64,000 bases of DNA from Lama guanicoe (lineage: Eukaryota): assembly GCA_013239625.1 (NCBI GenBank), contig MU054212.1, forward strand, positions 9,658,898 through 9,722,897, given 5' to 3'. The notes under the pieces are model-generated. The model was not told the origin of the DNA, made no database searches, and saw only the letters and a program-made list of their open reading frames with translations. Position numbers and translations under genes: made by a program. Below, one piece after another: positions 12,915 to 26,029 of this stretch. Positions within the stretch are counted from its first letter, which is position 1. The number at the start of each line of letters is the position of its first letter.

Positions 12915-13032
12915 CATCCATCCACCCAACCATCCATCCAGTCATCCAATCATCCATCCATCTATCCAGTCATCCATCCATCCATCCAATCATCCATCCA
13001 TCCATCTAATCGTCCATCCATTCATCCATCCA
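12915..13032. repeat. Degenerate (CATC)n tetranucleotide microsatellite
   Basis: Direct read of the sequence. Confidence 0.95.
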
Positions 13033-13283
13033 ATTTATTGCCTGACATTTGAAGTATCTGACTCAGATAATTTGCTCTGTAATCCTCCCTCCTCTGACAA
13101 CCCATGCAAATCCTCCCAACTGTCAGAGCCCAGCTCAAGCGAGCAACCCCCGGACCCCCTCGCCCCCCCTCCCGATTGTCCAGCGCTCCAGCTCCTATCC
13201 CAGAATTCCCCAGCCCTTCACGACAAGAGCATCCACACTTGACCCAACACGGTTTTCATGTGTCTGTCTTGTCTCCTTAGCCC

Positions 13284-13435
13284 CAGGTTCCTCCAAGCAT
13301 CTTGGGACCTGCTTCATTTCACCTGGTCTGCTCTTTAAGAAGGCAGATCCTGGAGCCCCACCCGAGACATACTGAACTAGAACTCTGGGGCTGGGACCTT
13401 GGAACCAGCCTTTTAAAAGAAGACACAGGGGCTCC
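13284..13435. mobile_element. MER5A-like hAT-Charlie DNA transposon relic
   Basis: TCACCTGG...GCAGATCCTGGAGCCCCACCCGAGACATACTGAACTAGAACTCTGGGGCTGGGACC...TTTTAAAAG matches the MER5A core. Confidence 0.75.
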
Positions 13436-13719
13436 CTGGGCACATTGCCGGGCCAGCCCGAGAGGCCCCTGTGTCTTCTCAGGCACCAAGCCCAGGCTGC
13501 ACCTTCAGGCAGCTGAGGGGCTATGGGACTCCCGCGTGCCCAGGCCTTGAGAACAGGCTGTGGCCTCCCTCCGGCTCCGCCCCATCTGCACGTCCCCTGT
13601 TGCTGCAGCACATCTGCTCTGTGTTGAGGAGGCAGAAGCGCCCAGTTCTGGAATCAGGGAGGCTCAGAGGCAAGCCAGGTGGAAATGCTAAGGGTGGCAG
13701 TGTCTCCCTGGGGACCAAA

Positions 13720-13915
13720 GGGGAAGAGGGAGGGAGGGGACGAGAGGATGACGTGAGGAGGAGGATAAAAAGGAGGACGAGAAGGAGTGGGAGGAGAAGA
13801 GAGAGAGAGGGAAGGAAAGAGAAAGTATGGAGGAAGAAGGCGAAAGGAAAACATTAAAGGGAGGCAGGAAGCGAGGAAGGATGGGAGGAAAGAAAGAAGG
13901 CAGTAGAAAATGGAG
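13720..13915. repeat. Purine-rich (GA) low-complexity tract
   Basis: Nearly all A/G on the + strand. Confidence 0.8.
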
Positions 13916-15279
13916 AAGCCGCCTCCGTCGCGTGACGCCACCCATCAGCCTTGGCGAACCCGCACGCTTGCAGCTTTCTGGACACGGAACCTGTGACTGG
14001 GCTCCAAGCGGAGGAGGCGGACAGGCTGGGCTCTGGGGATGAGCAAGCCCACCTGCAGGGGTGGCTCGTGGAGAGTCAGGAGCGGGAGCCCCCCGCGACT
14101 CAGAGACAGAGCGTTGACTCCCCCTGCGTCCCCCTCTTCCTGCCTGCCCATTTCTCTGGCTTGACCTGTGCCCATTTCTCTTCTCTGACCTCCTTTTCAC
14201 CAGGGTCAAGGTCCCTCCCCACGTCTTCCCAGCCCTGCCAGCAAAACACAACGGGCCCAGTGAACAGCTGCCTCGGTCAAGTGGTACCCACTCCCTCCGG
14301 CGGCCTGAGAGCGGGGCCCGCAGTTCCCTAGTGAGGTGCTTCTTGTGTGTCTGACCAGCAGATGGAAGCCCCTCCCGGGAGAGTGCCCTACCCCGGAGCC
14401 CACGGGGACACTCAGGAGAGACATAAAGCCAGGAGGACAGGGCAACTTACAGATGCCATCTCCACCGGGACCAGAGAGTCCTGTCTGATCCTAATCGTGG
14501 CCATCTCCGGACCCTGCCTACCGCATCCAGACATCCCGCAGCCGCTGTCAGACCCTCTGGGCATCTCTGTCTCCCTACAGAGACCACTTAGAGCTGAGAC
14601 CCGCAGAGGGGCAGGTGAGAAATGTTACCTGCTCATAGTGAGTTGTGTGGGTGATACTTTATCTGAAGGATGGTGAAGGATGCTCTGAGGTCAACTGAGC
14701 CCCAAGTTCCTCAGCCCTTCCTCTTTACCCCTCAGCTCCTGCAGTTCAATGGAGGGGGGCACCTGCCCACTCCCTCAGTGTGTCTGATCTCCTGGAAGTG
14801 CCACCAGTTAGGGACATCATGGAAACTCATCTCTCCTTCAAGGCAAAGTGGTCTGACCAAAGGCCCCGGTTGTGTCCTGGTTCAGCCTCTCCTTCTGTCC
14901 CCTCCCTACGGAGTGGCGATGCAGAAGGATCAGTGTTGGCTGGAGAGTGCCCAGCTCCACTGGTGGTGATCACCGCTGGATAAATAAGCCAGAGGGGGAA
15001 CATCGTCTAAAAATCTAATTCCTGTGTGGTTTGGAGGTTTCAACCTTGGTCAGGTACAGGCAGGTCTCATTTACATGGAATCGTAAGCCCTGAGCACTTG
15101 GGCCATCCTGGCTGGTCACTTATGGTGGCTCTGCTCCCCCTTCTCGGGACAATCGCCCCCTCTGAGCCTCCAGCCTGGTTCCAGCGTTTCCAGACTCGGC
15201 CTCTGCTTGTACTCCAATCCCTTGGAGTCATAGAATTTTCAAAATGAAAGAGACTTTAGAGACCCCCCAACTCAATCTT

Positions 15280-15460
15280 GAAAGAGCAGTGAAGAAAGAA
15301 CCAGGAGGTTTGGGTTCGGCGCTAGTCCTCCCGCTGTGTGGCCCAAGTCACCTTCCTTGCCTCCCTGACATTTTCTTCATTTCCAAAATTTAATGTGGGA
15401 TCAAAACACATCCCTACCTGTCTCTGAGGGTTGCTGTGAGGATATTAAAGGAATATTGCA
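15280..15460 (+). mobile_element. MIR (nested within an opposite-strand MIR-family element)
   Basis: GAAAGAGCA...CCAGGAGGTTTGGGTTC...GCTGTGTG...CAAGTCAC...CCTACCT...GAGGGTTGCTGTGAGGAT matches MIR. Confidence 0.65.
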
Positions 15461-16823
15461 AACCACCCCTCGAAGAGGAAGAAGACCACAGAACAGTTTT
15501 TTTAGAGGAGGAACCAGTGCACAGAGAGGTGTTCAGTAACTTGCCAAACGTGCACGTCTTCTCGAATCATTGACTGGCGCCTGACATGCAGCTGGTACAC
15601 AGAGCGGAGTGGGAGCGGGGCTGGATGGAAGGGACCTGTTGGAGTCCTTTGACAAGGCTGCAGCCCAGGGCCCGGCCGTGGACTCCTGGAATGCAGGACC
15701 CCTCTGTCCTCAAGGGCGGGCAGTGCCCTAATCTTCTTTATTTCCTTAGCGCCAAGTGCAGGACGAGGGGCTCAATCAATGTCATGGAACATATAGGCTA
15801 ATTGCTAATCAATGTTGGTTTTACTTTTCTGTGTTTGATTACATGGGTTTACAAATGAATTGCACTTCTTAGTGATGAAAACGGCATTTCTTTAAAGTGA
15901 CTCTATCTTCGTGGTTGCATTTCAACAAAGATGTGCTGGGGAGGGGTTTAATCTCTCTGGAATGTTCTGCTCAGGGAACCCTGGGACAAGAGGCAGAGGA
16001 GAAGGGGCCAGGGTTGAGGTCTGTGAACCCAGAGAAACTTCCCAGTGGGGCCCCTGCCTCAGTGCTGCTGGGAGCCAGAGTGAAGGCCAAGTCTGAGGAT
16101 TCGCGGCGTTCCTGGAAGATGGGTGGAACCCATCCTGGGGGAAGGGGTCAGGGACACGTAGCCGGGAGCCCCCACTGGGGAGATGCCCAAGGAGCTGTCT
16201 CAGGGTGTGGTCAGGGCGGGGATAGGGAGGTAGGTAGCCATGTGATCTGGACCACTGGCCAGGAAGTCAGCTGGCCCCCCTCTCCCTGGCAGAGTGGAGA
16301 CAATAAAACCCTCAGGTACAAACAGTGTAGGACCCAAGGGATGACAGGGTCCACTGTACACTGGGAGGGTCACCATAGGGTTTTTTTAAGGACAAAGAGA
16401 GCAGCAGTACTGCTGGGTTCCTGGACCATCTGCTCCTCCTCGCGAGTCCCTGGGCCTCGGGCAGGGCCAGTTCACAGCAAAGATCCTGGGGAAGGCCGGA
16501 GCCCCGTGGTGGCACAGGGTCAGTGGGAGGGGCGTCCTCTGCGAAGGACTCACAAAACGGCCACTCCGGGTTCCTGGCAGCTGCATCTCGTGCTCGTGTG
16601 AGCCATCTGCTCTTCTTCTCCAGGAGAACATCCATCCACCAGCGTTTGGCACCCTGCTGGGAGGTTTGGAGGGGATTGGGGGGCGGACTGAAGACTTCTA
16701 AGCCCTGCCCTTGCCTGAAAGAAGCCGGCCATACAGCGAGGGGACACTGGCCCTCTGAACGAACAGAAGGGGCTGCAGGGGCTGATTCTTGTCCAGGGCC
16801 TGATGGCTGGCAGTGGCTGTGAG

Positions 16824-17040
16824 CGGCAGTGTGGCTTCACGGTTAGGGTGCAGACCCCAGAGCCAGACCAGACGGGTGGAAATCCTGGCTCCACCCCTCA
16901 CCAGCCACGTGACTCCCGGCAGCTTCTTCTCTTCTTGGCGCCTCAGTTTCCTTATTGGTTAAAAGAGATGACAGCCCTTCCCTCACAGGGCCGTTAGGAG
17001 GAGTGAATGACACAGCAGAGAACGCAAGTGCCGGCCTGTG
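16824..17040 (+). mobile_element. Near full-length MIR
   Basis: GGCAGTGTGG...GGTTAGGGTGCAGAC...GAGCCAGAC...AATCCTGGCTCCACC...GCCTCAGTTTCCTTAT...CCTCACAGGG follows the MIR consensus in order. Confidence 0.85.
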
Positions 17041-18702
17041 AGCGGGAATCCTCAGGGAAGGATTTGTGTAGGAGGTGGGACTTGAACCGAGTGGTAAGAC
17101 AGGGAAGTGCCCGGAACTGTGTGAGCAAAGTGTGGAGGGGGGACGGGCGCTGGGAACCCTGCGGGTGGTGCTGTGTCCCCTTCCTGTCTGTGAGGATGCT
17201 CTGCACAGCAGGGCGGGGTCTGGGTGGCATGCGTGCCCTCGGGGTGGCCCGATCCTGGCTGGGAACAGGGCACAGTGCTTGCCCCCTGAGCTTGGCCTGC
17301 CCAGAATTATGATTACTTCAGCCGAGAGGCAGAACAATGACTTCGTGAAGCTCAGAAAGAGAATTTTCTGGGCACAAATGGCTAGGCCAGAAGCGACACC
17401 AAGAAAAGTGCGTCTCCAGTGCCCCCAGCAGATCAGAGACTCCCAGCTCCCGGGGCCCTGCCTCCTGGTCTCCCTGGGAGCCTCAACCATCTGGAAGCCT
17501 GTGAGGCACCGTACACAGGGCCTCGCCTTCCCCAGGAAGAGCCAGATGCCGTGTCTTATTGCCCTGTTCTGGTCCAGCTCGCGTAAGGACTTGGCTTGAG
17601 CCTGAGATGTTTCAAGTCTCCTTGGCCTGTCTTCCCCCTTCCCTGCAACTCACGCTTTTCTTCTTTTCTTTTCCATTATTTGATCCAATTGTAGGATGGC
17701 TGGATCATCAATCTGGACCCTCACGCCTCTGACCCTATCACCTCCCTCTCAGCCCTCTCATGCCACATGCCCACCTGCATTCTGCCAAGAGTCTCCCAGC
17801 CCATGGTTGGGGGCAGGATCTCCCCACACGCCCCGCTTGCAGAGCTGGAAACTAAAGCTCTGAGGACTGACCAGGCAGTGTCGCAGGCAGGGCTGCAAAC
17901 AGGACACAGGTCTCCGGCTTTCTGGCCCGAGCTCTTCCCGCTCAGTCTGCCTCCTTCATCTCCCTGGGCTCTGGCTGGCCCAGCTGCAGATGCCACAGGG
18001 TCTCTGCCACCTTCTTAAATACAGGGGACCTTGTCACTGCCGCCCTGGGCCCCACAAAGCTTCTCCTTTAACCACGTCAGCACACACGCATCTCTGCCTG
18101 CTACGAAGGAGGTAGCCTTCGGAGTCCTCCTGCTCTGATTGACGGCCACCCCTGCCCTTGATTGTGTCATGTGTGTGAGTCATGTCTCCCCAGCCAGACA
18201 GTGACCTGGCTGCCTGCCGCTGCAGCCACGTGCTCCTTTCTCCTGAGTCCCTGTGGCCTGAGCACACAGTGGGGACTCAGTGGGATCCACTGAGTGATAA
18301 ATGGATCGGAGACTGAGGCATGAGTGAGATTCAAGTCGACCTTTGCTCTCTGCAGAGAGAATGCGCTCCTGGAGCAAATTAACGGCCAAGCAACCCCAGG
18401 ACAGTCACGTGCAGGCGATGAAATGTGAGCTGTAAAACATCTTATGTGAATTCAAGCCTCCCTCGGTCCGTGCAGACTAGCGTGGCCTGATTCTTCCTGT
18501 GGAAGGCAATCCTCCCTCCTCCCTCCGGTCACCCACGTTGGGGTCTTTCTAGAATGTAGCAGAGTGTGAGAAACACAGAGAGGAGGCATTCCTGGATCCT
18601 TGCTGTTAAGAACTCTCATTTCCAAAAGCCAGTCCTTTGTGTCTAGCTCAAACCCCTCTTGCTGTAAGAGACGCCACTCTCCTGTGGGCAACAAATGACT
18701 AC

Positions 18703-18800
18703 CTCCCATTAGACAGGCGGGGAAACTGAGTCTAGGGGGCAGGTAATTCCCTTAAGATCACAGAAAGGGTTAGTGCCTGAGCAAGGACCAGACTTCCGGC
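18703..18800 (-). mobile_element. MIR
   Basis: CCCATTAGACAGGCGGGGAAACTGAGTCT...TAAGATCACAG...TTAGTG matches the reverse MIR core. Confidence 0.7.
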
Positions 18801-19859
18801 CTCATTAGGCGCTTTCAGGATCCCTTCCTCCATCTGCAGGTGGAGCAGCACCTGCCTCGCCCTGGGATGGCCTGGCAGTGGCAACCCTTATGGCCCATTA
18901 AGAAAAGCAGCTGCCTTTCCCCTGCTCCCATCAGACCGCCAGTGAAACGAACAGGATATTTACGAGGGAGAAAGGAGGAGCCTGTCGGCTCCCAGGGCCC
19001 CTCCCCTTCTACCCCTTGTGGCTTTGACTCCAAACCCCCCCCCCAAGGCAAAGCCATCCCTGCAGGTGTCAGGGATAAGTGAGGGGACTGGGAGGGGAGA
19101 CTGGAGCCTGGGGGAGGGACAGCTGTACCTGAAGAACGTGAGGCTGAATGCAGATTATGGGGCGGGAGCAGGTGAGTGTGTGCGCCTGTGTGTGAGCGTG
19201 GGGGTGTGTTCGTGCACGTGAGCTGTGTGAGGGAGACTCCTGTGTCTAGGGGATGCTGCCTTTTACAGTTGCCCTGGTGACGTTCAAGGCTACAGAGAAG
19301 CCCCTTGCCACGTTTTGCCAAGGAAACTGGTCGGAGACCACCCCTATTCCTGACTTTGCCGATGGAAAAGGCTCCCCTCAGTTTACTTCTCCAGCAGCAA
19401 TGACCCACAGATGCTCCTGGTCCTCCGAGCTTCTGCAGTGAGCTCAGTCCTCCCCCAAACCTCTCCCAGGCTCTTCCGAGGACACACAGTGCCCATCCCT
19501 CTACCTTGCTTTCCTAAGCCACGTTGTCTGATGCTCAGTAGGGCTGAGAAGGATAAGGAGGCGGGAGCAGCTGGTGCTCCCAAACAGTGTGTAGTGCTTC
19601 CAGTTAGAATGGACACCCCTCCCCCTATACAAACATGCTCATCAGATCAAGACAAGACCATGCAATGCCCTGACACAGGGCTGAGAGTTCTAGGAGGTGC
19701 GCTGTGGGTGGGCCCTGGCCTAGGCTCATCCAGGTCCAGCTGGGCTGTGAGTGTCCTCCTGGTGAAATAAATGGCACTAAGGATTTGACCGGAATCTCTC
19801 AGGTCTTGTGGGGCGCTGACCCCAGGGGAAAATGGCTTTCACAAGGAAGGGAGTCCTTG

Positions 19860-19935
19860 TGGGACAACATGGGTTGGGAAGGCTGCCTGGAGGAGGTGGG
19901 GCTGGAGGTGGGTCTGCAGTGGGGTGAAGAGACAT
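19860..19935 (-). mobile_element. L2 fragment
   Basis: GGGAAGGCTGCCTGGAGGAGGTGGGGCTGGAGGTGGGTCT is an L2 antisense motif. Confidence 0.5.
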
Positions 19936-22664
19936 TGTTGGCAGAGGTGGGGCCTGAGTGCGGCACCCTTGAATTCATCCTTGGCAGAGAGCGGGGTGCC
20001 CGCCTTCCTACTCTCCTCCCCGTGTTGTTGGTACGTGTGTCTCTGGGCCCCTGGCCTGTGGTTCTCCTCCAAACCCAGGGCTGGGAGGTGGGGTGAAGCT
20101 GTTTTAGTGAAAAATCAAAATATTGGAGGTACCTGCAGTCCTGGCAACAGCCAGGCCTTGGGCTCCTGAAGCCACCCCCAAACTCTCTGAAAAGGGGGAG
20201 AAAGCCTGCCTGTCCTCCTTTCTCCTTGTCGCCACGCAGAGCCTTCAAGAGGATAACTTTGGGAGGCTCCCAGGAGGCTGGCCGTGGCTGAGACATTAGC
20301 GGATCTTCCACTGGGGGGTCATCAGGCTTCCCTGTCCACCCCCAACAAGGAGCGGATCCTTGGTCAGATGCCAGGCTTGCCATATACCAGGCCACCTCCT
20401 CCTCCTCTTCTCTGAGCATCTCCCGCCTCCACTCTCCTAAGTCTCCTCCCCTGAGAAGCCCTCCCGGACTCATGCTGCCTAGCCAAGTGAGACAGCTTCC
20501 TGTTCCACGAACTTGGGGTGATCTAGCCCCCACCTCTAATAGGGTGGTTCCTGCAGAGCCCTGATTTGCTGGTACCCTCAGGCCAGCAACGAGCTGCCCT
20601 TGGCGTTACCCCCAGAAGGCCCAAACAGAGTGCAGTGGCAAGATCTGAGACAAAACCCGGCTTGCATACAGGTGTGCTGGGCCAAGGAGCAGTGGGCGAC
20701 CATGGGAGGCTTTGGGGAGGGGGCACATCTAGAAGGAATGGAGGAGGGATGGCCTGCCAAGGAGGAGGAGGGGCAGAGGGCACCCAGAACGGGCACTGGG
20801 CTTGTCGGCATCAGTGGGAGCTGAAGAGGGAAACGTGCCTCCACCTGGACACCCTGTCTGCCTGCCTTGGAGGGTCTTGGCCTGGCTCCAGAACCCAGCA
20901 CCTCTCGCCACGGGCACTCTGTGCGTCCCTGAGCGGGTACACGCCACACTGCCCGTGCTGTTACTAAGGCTTTGTGTGGTCCCGCTGTGGCTGGGGCAAG
21001 GGCTCCCAGCTGCTAGGGAACAATGCCCGTGACACAGTGCCTGCGGCCAGTCTCTCCTGAGGCTGTGGATGAGGGGGTCACACCGGACCTCCCCTCCCGC
21101 TTCCCCAGCCAGGTGGTTGCGATGGTCCACCCCCACCCCAGCTCCCACTCTCTCCTACTCCTGCCCCATCTCACACCTCCTCCATTCTGCCTGGGGGAGG
21201 AGGTCCAGACCCCCCACCATGCACTCAAGTCCAAGGCACTGAGCTCCAGATGCTCCTCTCTTGCTCCCTGACCTTGCCACACTCTGGCCACCTCCACGCT
21301 GTCCCTCACTCTGCTCTTTCAGACCCAAATGCATCCTCTGTAGCCCCTACCCCCACATGTGGCCCTCTGATCACTCCAGTCCACGTGGCAGGCCCTCCGT
21401 TCCTGACACTCCTGTCTCTTAAAGCCTGTGCCCCCTTTGGACATTTGGTCTCACCCTCTCTTGTCATGGGACCCAACTGTCCGGTGCAAATGAGGGACTC
21501 CTAAGGATAGAGATGACTTATTCCAACCACCTGGATTTCCTATCCTGCCAGACCCAGGGCTGGCATCAGAATGTGCTTGCCTGTGACTGGAAAAATGGAT
21601 CATCTGACCATGATGTCACCTGTCCCTTGTGGGCTGGTGACATGAGCAGAATCCCTCAGGTTAAAATGGGGAAGCTGTGTACACATCTATTAATATCTTG
21701 GCTTTGCAGCAAAGACAAGGCCCTTCCCGGGTTCTAACCGTCTCCCTGTCCCCCAGCTGGGATGACACAGGGGGTCTCTGAGGGCGGCCACCTCAAGAAG
21801 CCCTCCTGCATTGCCTCCCAGCCTGCCACCTGACTTGATTTAATTGCCCTCTGGCTTTATTGAAACCTCCTAGATTAGAATACCTGAGACCTGGAAAATA
21901 CATAATCACATGATTTCTTAAAACAAAAAGAAAGGACAGAAGAAATAAAGAATATGCATTGCCTTTCCACCAAGTTGCTCATAATTCCCTAATTAGAGCA
22001 GACGTGGGGCACTTATCCATGGGGAAGAAACCTCATGGAGATTCAAGAAGGAAAGAGTGGGTTCCCTGGGAGAATTCTGGGGGCAGGAACCGGGCCCCCT
22101 GGCACAGGCTAGACCATCTGTATCTGCAAAAGCTAAAGCTGTATGGTAAAAGCCCGAGGGCCCCTGTCCTCGCCAGTTTGGGGACACGGTGAAAGATGGG
22201 CATGCCACAGGGCAGGGAACAGGCTGCCTGTTGATGGGACTTTTGTCTGCACGGTGGTTCTCTGTTAGGTGCTGATGGGTAGGGGCCCCATTCCCCAGAG
22301 AGGACACAGATGAGGGTGGAGCTGGCCCTTGCGTCATTGACAACGGCTGGAGGGGCGGAAGGCATGTTGGTGGTGATGGACAGCGGCCACTGGGGTAGGA
22401 GCGGGACACAGCCCCTGCCCTCAAGTGAATGTGGCCCCAACTCTGGCTATGGGTGTCCTTTCAATAGCGGAGGATGGGCCCCTGGCTCCCAGCTAGATCT
22501 GTCCCCAGGCCCGGGTCCTGGCCATGGGGAGCTGGAGGGGGGCTCTCACTCCCTCACCCCGGCTGCCTGGCCACCTTTTCCTCCCAGTCCTGAACTTGGC
22601 TGCATGATTCTACTATGGTGTGTGTTGTGATGTGTGCTGCCCCTAGAAGAGCAGGAGGGGACAT

Positions 22665-22782
22665 AGAACTGGAGACGAAGTAGAACACGGGGACACTGGT
22701 CCTCTGCCTGCCACGGACATTCAAGGTGACCGAGGGGAAGCCAGGTCCCCTCTCTGGGCCTCAGTTTCCCCTTATATAAAAG
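22665..22782 (+). mobile_element. MIR
   Basis: GTGACC...CCCCTCTCTGGGCCTCAGTTTCCCCTTATATAAAAGG matches the MIR core. Confidence 0.7.
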
Positions 22783-23199
22783 GAGCGTGCTGGCCCCAGG
22801 TGCCTCCTTTCCAGCTCCCAGCTCTGGTCCTAAGGTTTCGTGGCGGGTTGGGGGCTGGACAGGCCCAGGGCCAGGAGGGGGACAGACTGTCCCGTGTCAG
22901 AGCCTTAAGTAGGGGCTCAGGGCCATGCGAGGGCTTCATGGTGACCAGACGGGGGCTGAGCTGCGGGAAGGCCCTTGGAGGAAGCCACAATGGCCCACAA
23001 AGGCAATAGCAAACCTGCAGAAACTGAGAGGGACGAGTGCCTTTCCTGGGCGGGCTGAGCAAGGCTGAGCTTCAGGGTTTCTAGGGCACCGACCTCCTCC
23101 CTCCATCAGGAAAGCGAAACCTCTCGGCTCAGGGAAGTGAGGAAGTGAGCTCGGAGGGAGTGGAGGGCTGGGGGCAGGGCAGCCTGATGGGGGGTCCTG

Positions 23200-23480
23200 T
23201 TTCCTTAAAAGTCTCATTAGGACATGTGGAAAACAATTTGCCAGGCCACGCTGCGTCACCGCCTGTGCGGTTTGCTGCGCATTAAATTCATTATTTTAAC
23301 AGGTCAATGCCTCTGACAGATATTCATTTGTGGGAGATGAGCACGGCTGCTTCTTTAATCCCCGTGGATTACTTGGCTCTTCTGAAAAGCGATACCAGTA
23401 ACTTGCAGAGACTTTAATCCCAATCACTCCAGACTGTTTACAAGGAGGAGGGGAAAAAAAACCTGTCCGCACTGAGCTGA
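23200..23480. promoter_or_regulatory. Candidate enhancer with K50-homeodomain (TAATCC) cluster and FOX site
   Basis: TAATCC 23356-61, GGATTA 23366-71, TAATCC 23415-20, TGTTTAC 23435-41, plus ATTAAATTCATTA and TGACAG. Confidence 0.5.
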
Positions 23481-24269
23481 ATGCCAGTCTCCTGGCCCCG
23501 CCCCCTCTGCAGGGCAGAGTCTCAGCTTTGGAAGGATGGATGGGGAGGCTGGGCCCCCTGAGTGAAGCCCTCCAACCGAGCAGCCTAGAACACATCCCAA
23601 GGGGAGTCTGGAAAAGACCTTTGCTCTGCTGAGGCCCCCTTCCTCCATCCTCTGGAAGCTGCTCTCAGCTTGTCCCACCCAAAACGATGCACTGGCCTGG
23701 GTGGGAGGTGCAGGGCCTGGGGTGACATTTGAAACATATTACTGCTTTTCCTTAAAGGTCTCAGTAAGTCAGGTGGGAAATAGCACAGGGGGCAGGGCTA
23801 GTGAGTGACAAGGGATCCCTTCCCCAGGCCAATGCCTGACTCCCCAACCCATCTCCTCCCAAGGCTGCACCCGGCACCTGCTCTGTGGACTGCAAAAGAC
23901 CATGACGGATCTGCTGGTGTCACCAGCTGGGCCCCTTTGGGGAGCTGAGGGCCTCACACAGTCAGTTGTAAAGAGAAGGGGACCCAGAGAACATCAGACC
24001 TGCAGAGTTCTCAGTGTGTCAGTGATGGCGGTTGGCCTGGTACCAAAGACCTGCTGTGCAACACTCTGCTTTCCTTGTGGTCTCTGCTTTTCACAGACAC
24101 TCTACCAGGCCTGACTTCTAGTGGGGAAAGTGTCCAGGGGGTGTGTGTGTATGTGTGTATGTGTGTGTGTGCTCATGCATGTCTGCGTGCATGTGTCATG
24201 AGTGCGGCCTCGCCCACATGTGAATATGTCCGTCCGTGTTCAGGGGGCAGCGGCTACCTGTCCAGTGGA

Positions 24270-24420
24270 TGAGGAATTAATTGGAGGGTGATAAAGCTAT
24301 TAGCCCCAGAGCTTTCGAAAATAATGAATGAGGGTCCTAAAATGTCAATATTTGAAAATACTAATTTAAGGCCTATTAGCTGAAACAAATTTTAATTAAA
24401 CAGGGAATAATCAGGGTGAT
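24270..24420. promoter_or_regulatory. AT-rich candidate CNE
   Basis: Many TAAT/ATTA cores (AATTAATT, CTAATTTA, TTAATTAA, TAATCA) in ~150 bp. Confidence 0.45.
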
Positions 24421-25137
24421 GAGAGGAAAAGAAAAGCTTCGGCCAGTGACGGAGTCCTCATGAACATTGAGTGCAGGGAAGGCGTGGGACGGTTTGGATC
24501 TGGAACTTGCACCTGGCCAGTCGTTCCCTGGGTGGTAGGTGGGCAGGGGATGGATAAAGAAGGTGATGCCAGATTCCTGCTCCGGGTCTCAATCTTCTCA
24601 TCTGTAAACCAAGAGGGGGCCCCCAGGGCTGTTCTTAAGTAGAGGGCTGATTGCAAGAAAGGAGGTGTGGGGGGCAGTGGCTAAGCAGAGAGGTTCCGCT
24701 CTGTGAGCGAATCCACTGGGGTGTGGCCGTGTTTCCAAGGATGTCTAGGGGCGTCACCCCACAGGAGCTGGGACAAAAGAGCTTTGCCAGCAGGACAGCG
24801 GATGGGGCATGCAAGTCTTCGGAAGGACTCACGACTTGGGTTTTCCTAAACAGGATCATGTAATTCCGTAAAACCTCAGCTTGGTACCAACTTCAAATCT
24901 GCACTCCAGGGAAGATGTGCTGTCAGCAGGGTTATGTGGGATAAGAGGTTCCGCTGGAAAGCTTACTTTCCATGCTGCAACCGGACACCTAAGACTCTTC
25001 TCAGTCTGCTTTTCCAGGAAGAGCCCGTTTATTCACGTTTCCCTCTCCCCACTCTCCAATCAACCTTCTTTTGAAAGAAGGACCCCACCCCTGGCCATGG
25101 ATGTGGCAGCAACAGAGGGAAGCCTGAGGCGGGGAAG

Positions 25138-25345
25138 GTGTGTGTATAAATCTGTGCATGCACTTTTGTGAGCCTCTTTTTATGCGCCTGTGTGTCTTTG
25201 TGTCTTTGTGTGTCTACGCTTGCGTTTGTGTGCGCAGATCAGTGAATGTGTACGTGTGCCTATGAGTACCTGTGTCTCTGAATATCTATGTGTGTCTCCA
25301 CGTATGTCTGTATGTGTCTGTGTGTCCATCTGCTGCTGTATGTCA
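25138..25345. repeat. Degenerate TG-rich low-complexity tract
   Basis: Direct read of the sequence. Confidence 0.75.
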
Positions 25346-26029
25346 AGGGTCCTGGAGTTTCCAGGTGGGTAGTGCCACCCCCACGGGACAGCCCTCGTTT
25401 CAGGGCCTCACCCTGGCAGGCAGACGCAAGATCTTCAGCTCACACCACAGTGTCTTTATTTGTTTACTTATTTATAACTCATCACGTTCCACAAATGACC
25501 GGAGGTGGAGATGTTGGTTAGCCTGGGGTTCCCCTCTGGCCGTGCATGGAAGCTGTCCTTCTGAGGCTTATTTCAGGAACCCAGAACAACCTCATCTCCT
25601 CTTTGGACTGATTTCCACTGAAGACACCACACCTGGCCTCATCCTTCCCTCTCTCTGCCTCCTGAGTCAGGCTCCCCTCTGCAGTTCCTGCCTCCCATTT
25701 AGCCTCCAGCTTCCCTGCCCAGCTCCTCTGTCTCCAGACTCTGAAACCAAAGGTCCAAGCCAGTTGGTTCCTCCCAAGATCACACCCTTTCATCGAGCCC
25801 CTCTTCCTTCAGCCTCTCTCCCCAGGGACTGTGGCTCAGGATGCTCACTCTCTCCCTGACCACCCCTTGTAGGAGGTGGACTTTGGCTCTGCACCCTGTT
25901 TCCCGCCACCCAGGCCTTGGTTTGAGCCTGCTTTGTGGGTGGGAACCACATGACCTCCTGCCCAGCCCCCTGCTCCCACCTTTGCAGTGGAGCAGGGCTG
26001 GGACCCCATGCACTCAGTCAACGCTGCTG

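Noticed and set aside
17025..17043. CAAGTGCCGGCC(C)TGTGAGCG shared with ~55003
   Set aside because: The copies lie in unrelated repeats (MIR tail and MER45A), so it is a chance similarity.
18275..18295. Hairpin ACTCAGTGG-gat-CCACTGAGT
   Set aside because: A 9-bp stem is expected about once by chance in 64 kb and is too short for a pre-miRNA.
22772..22782. TATA-like TATATAAAAG (also TATAAAAG at 40548)
   Set aside because: Both are mutated versions of the MIR core TCTGTAAAATGG.
25455..25510. Possible 3' tail of an ancient LINE ((TAAA)n end, minus strand)
   Set aside because: Too short and diverged to assign without a Dfam search.
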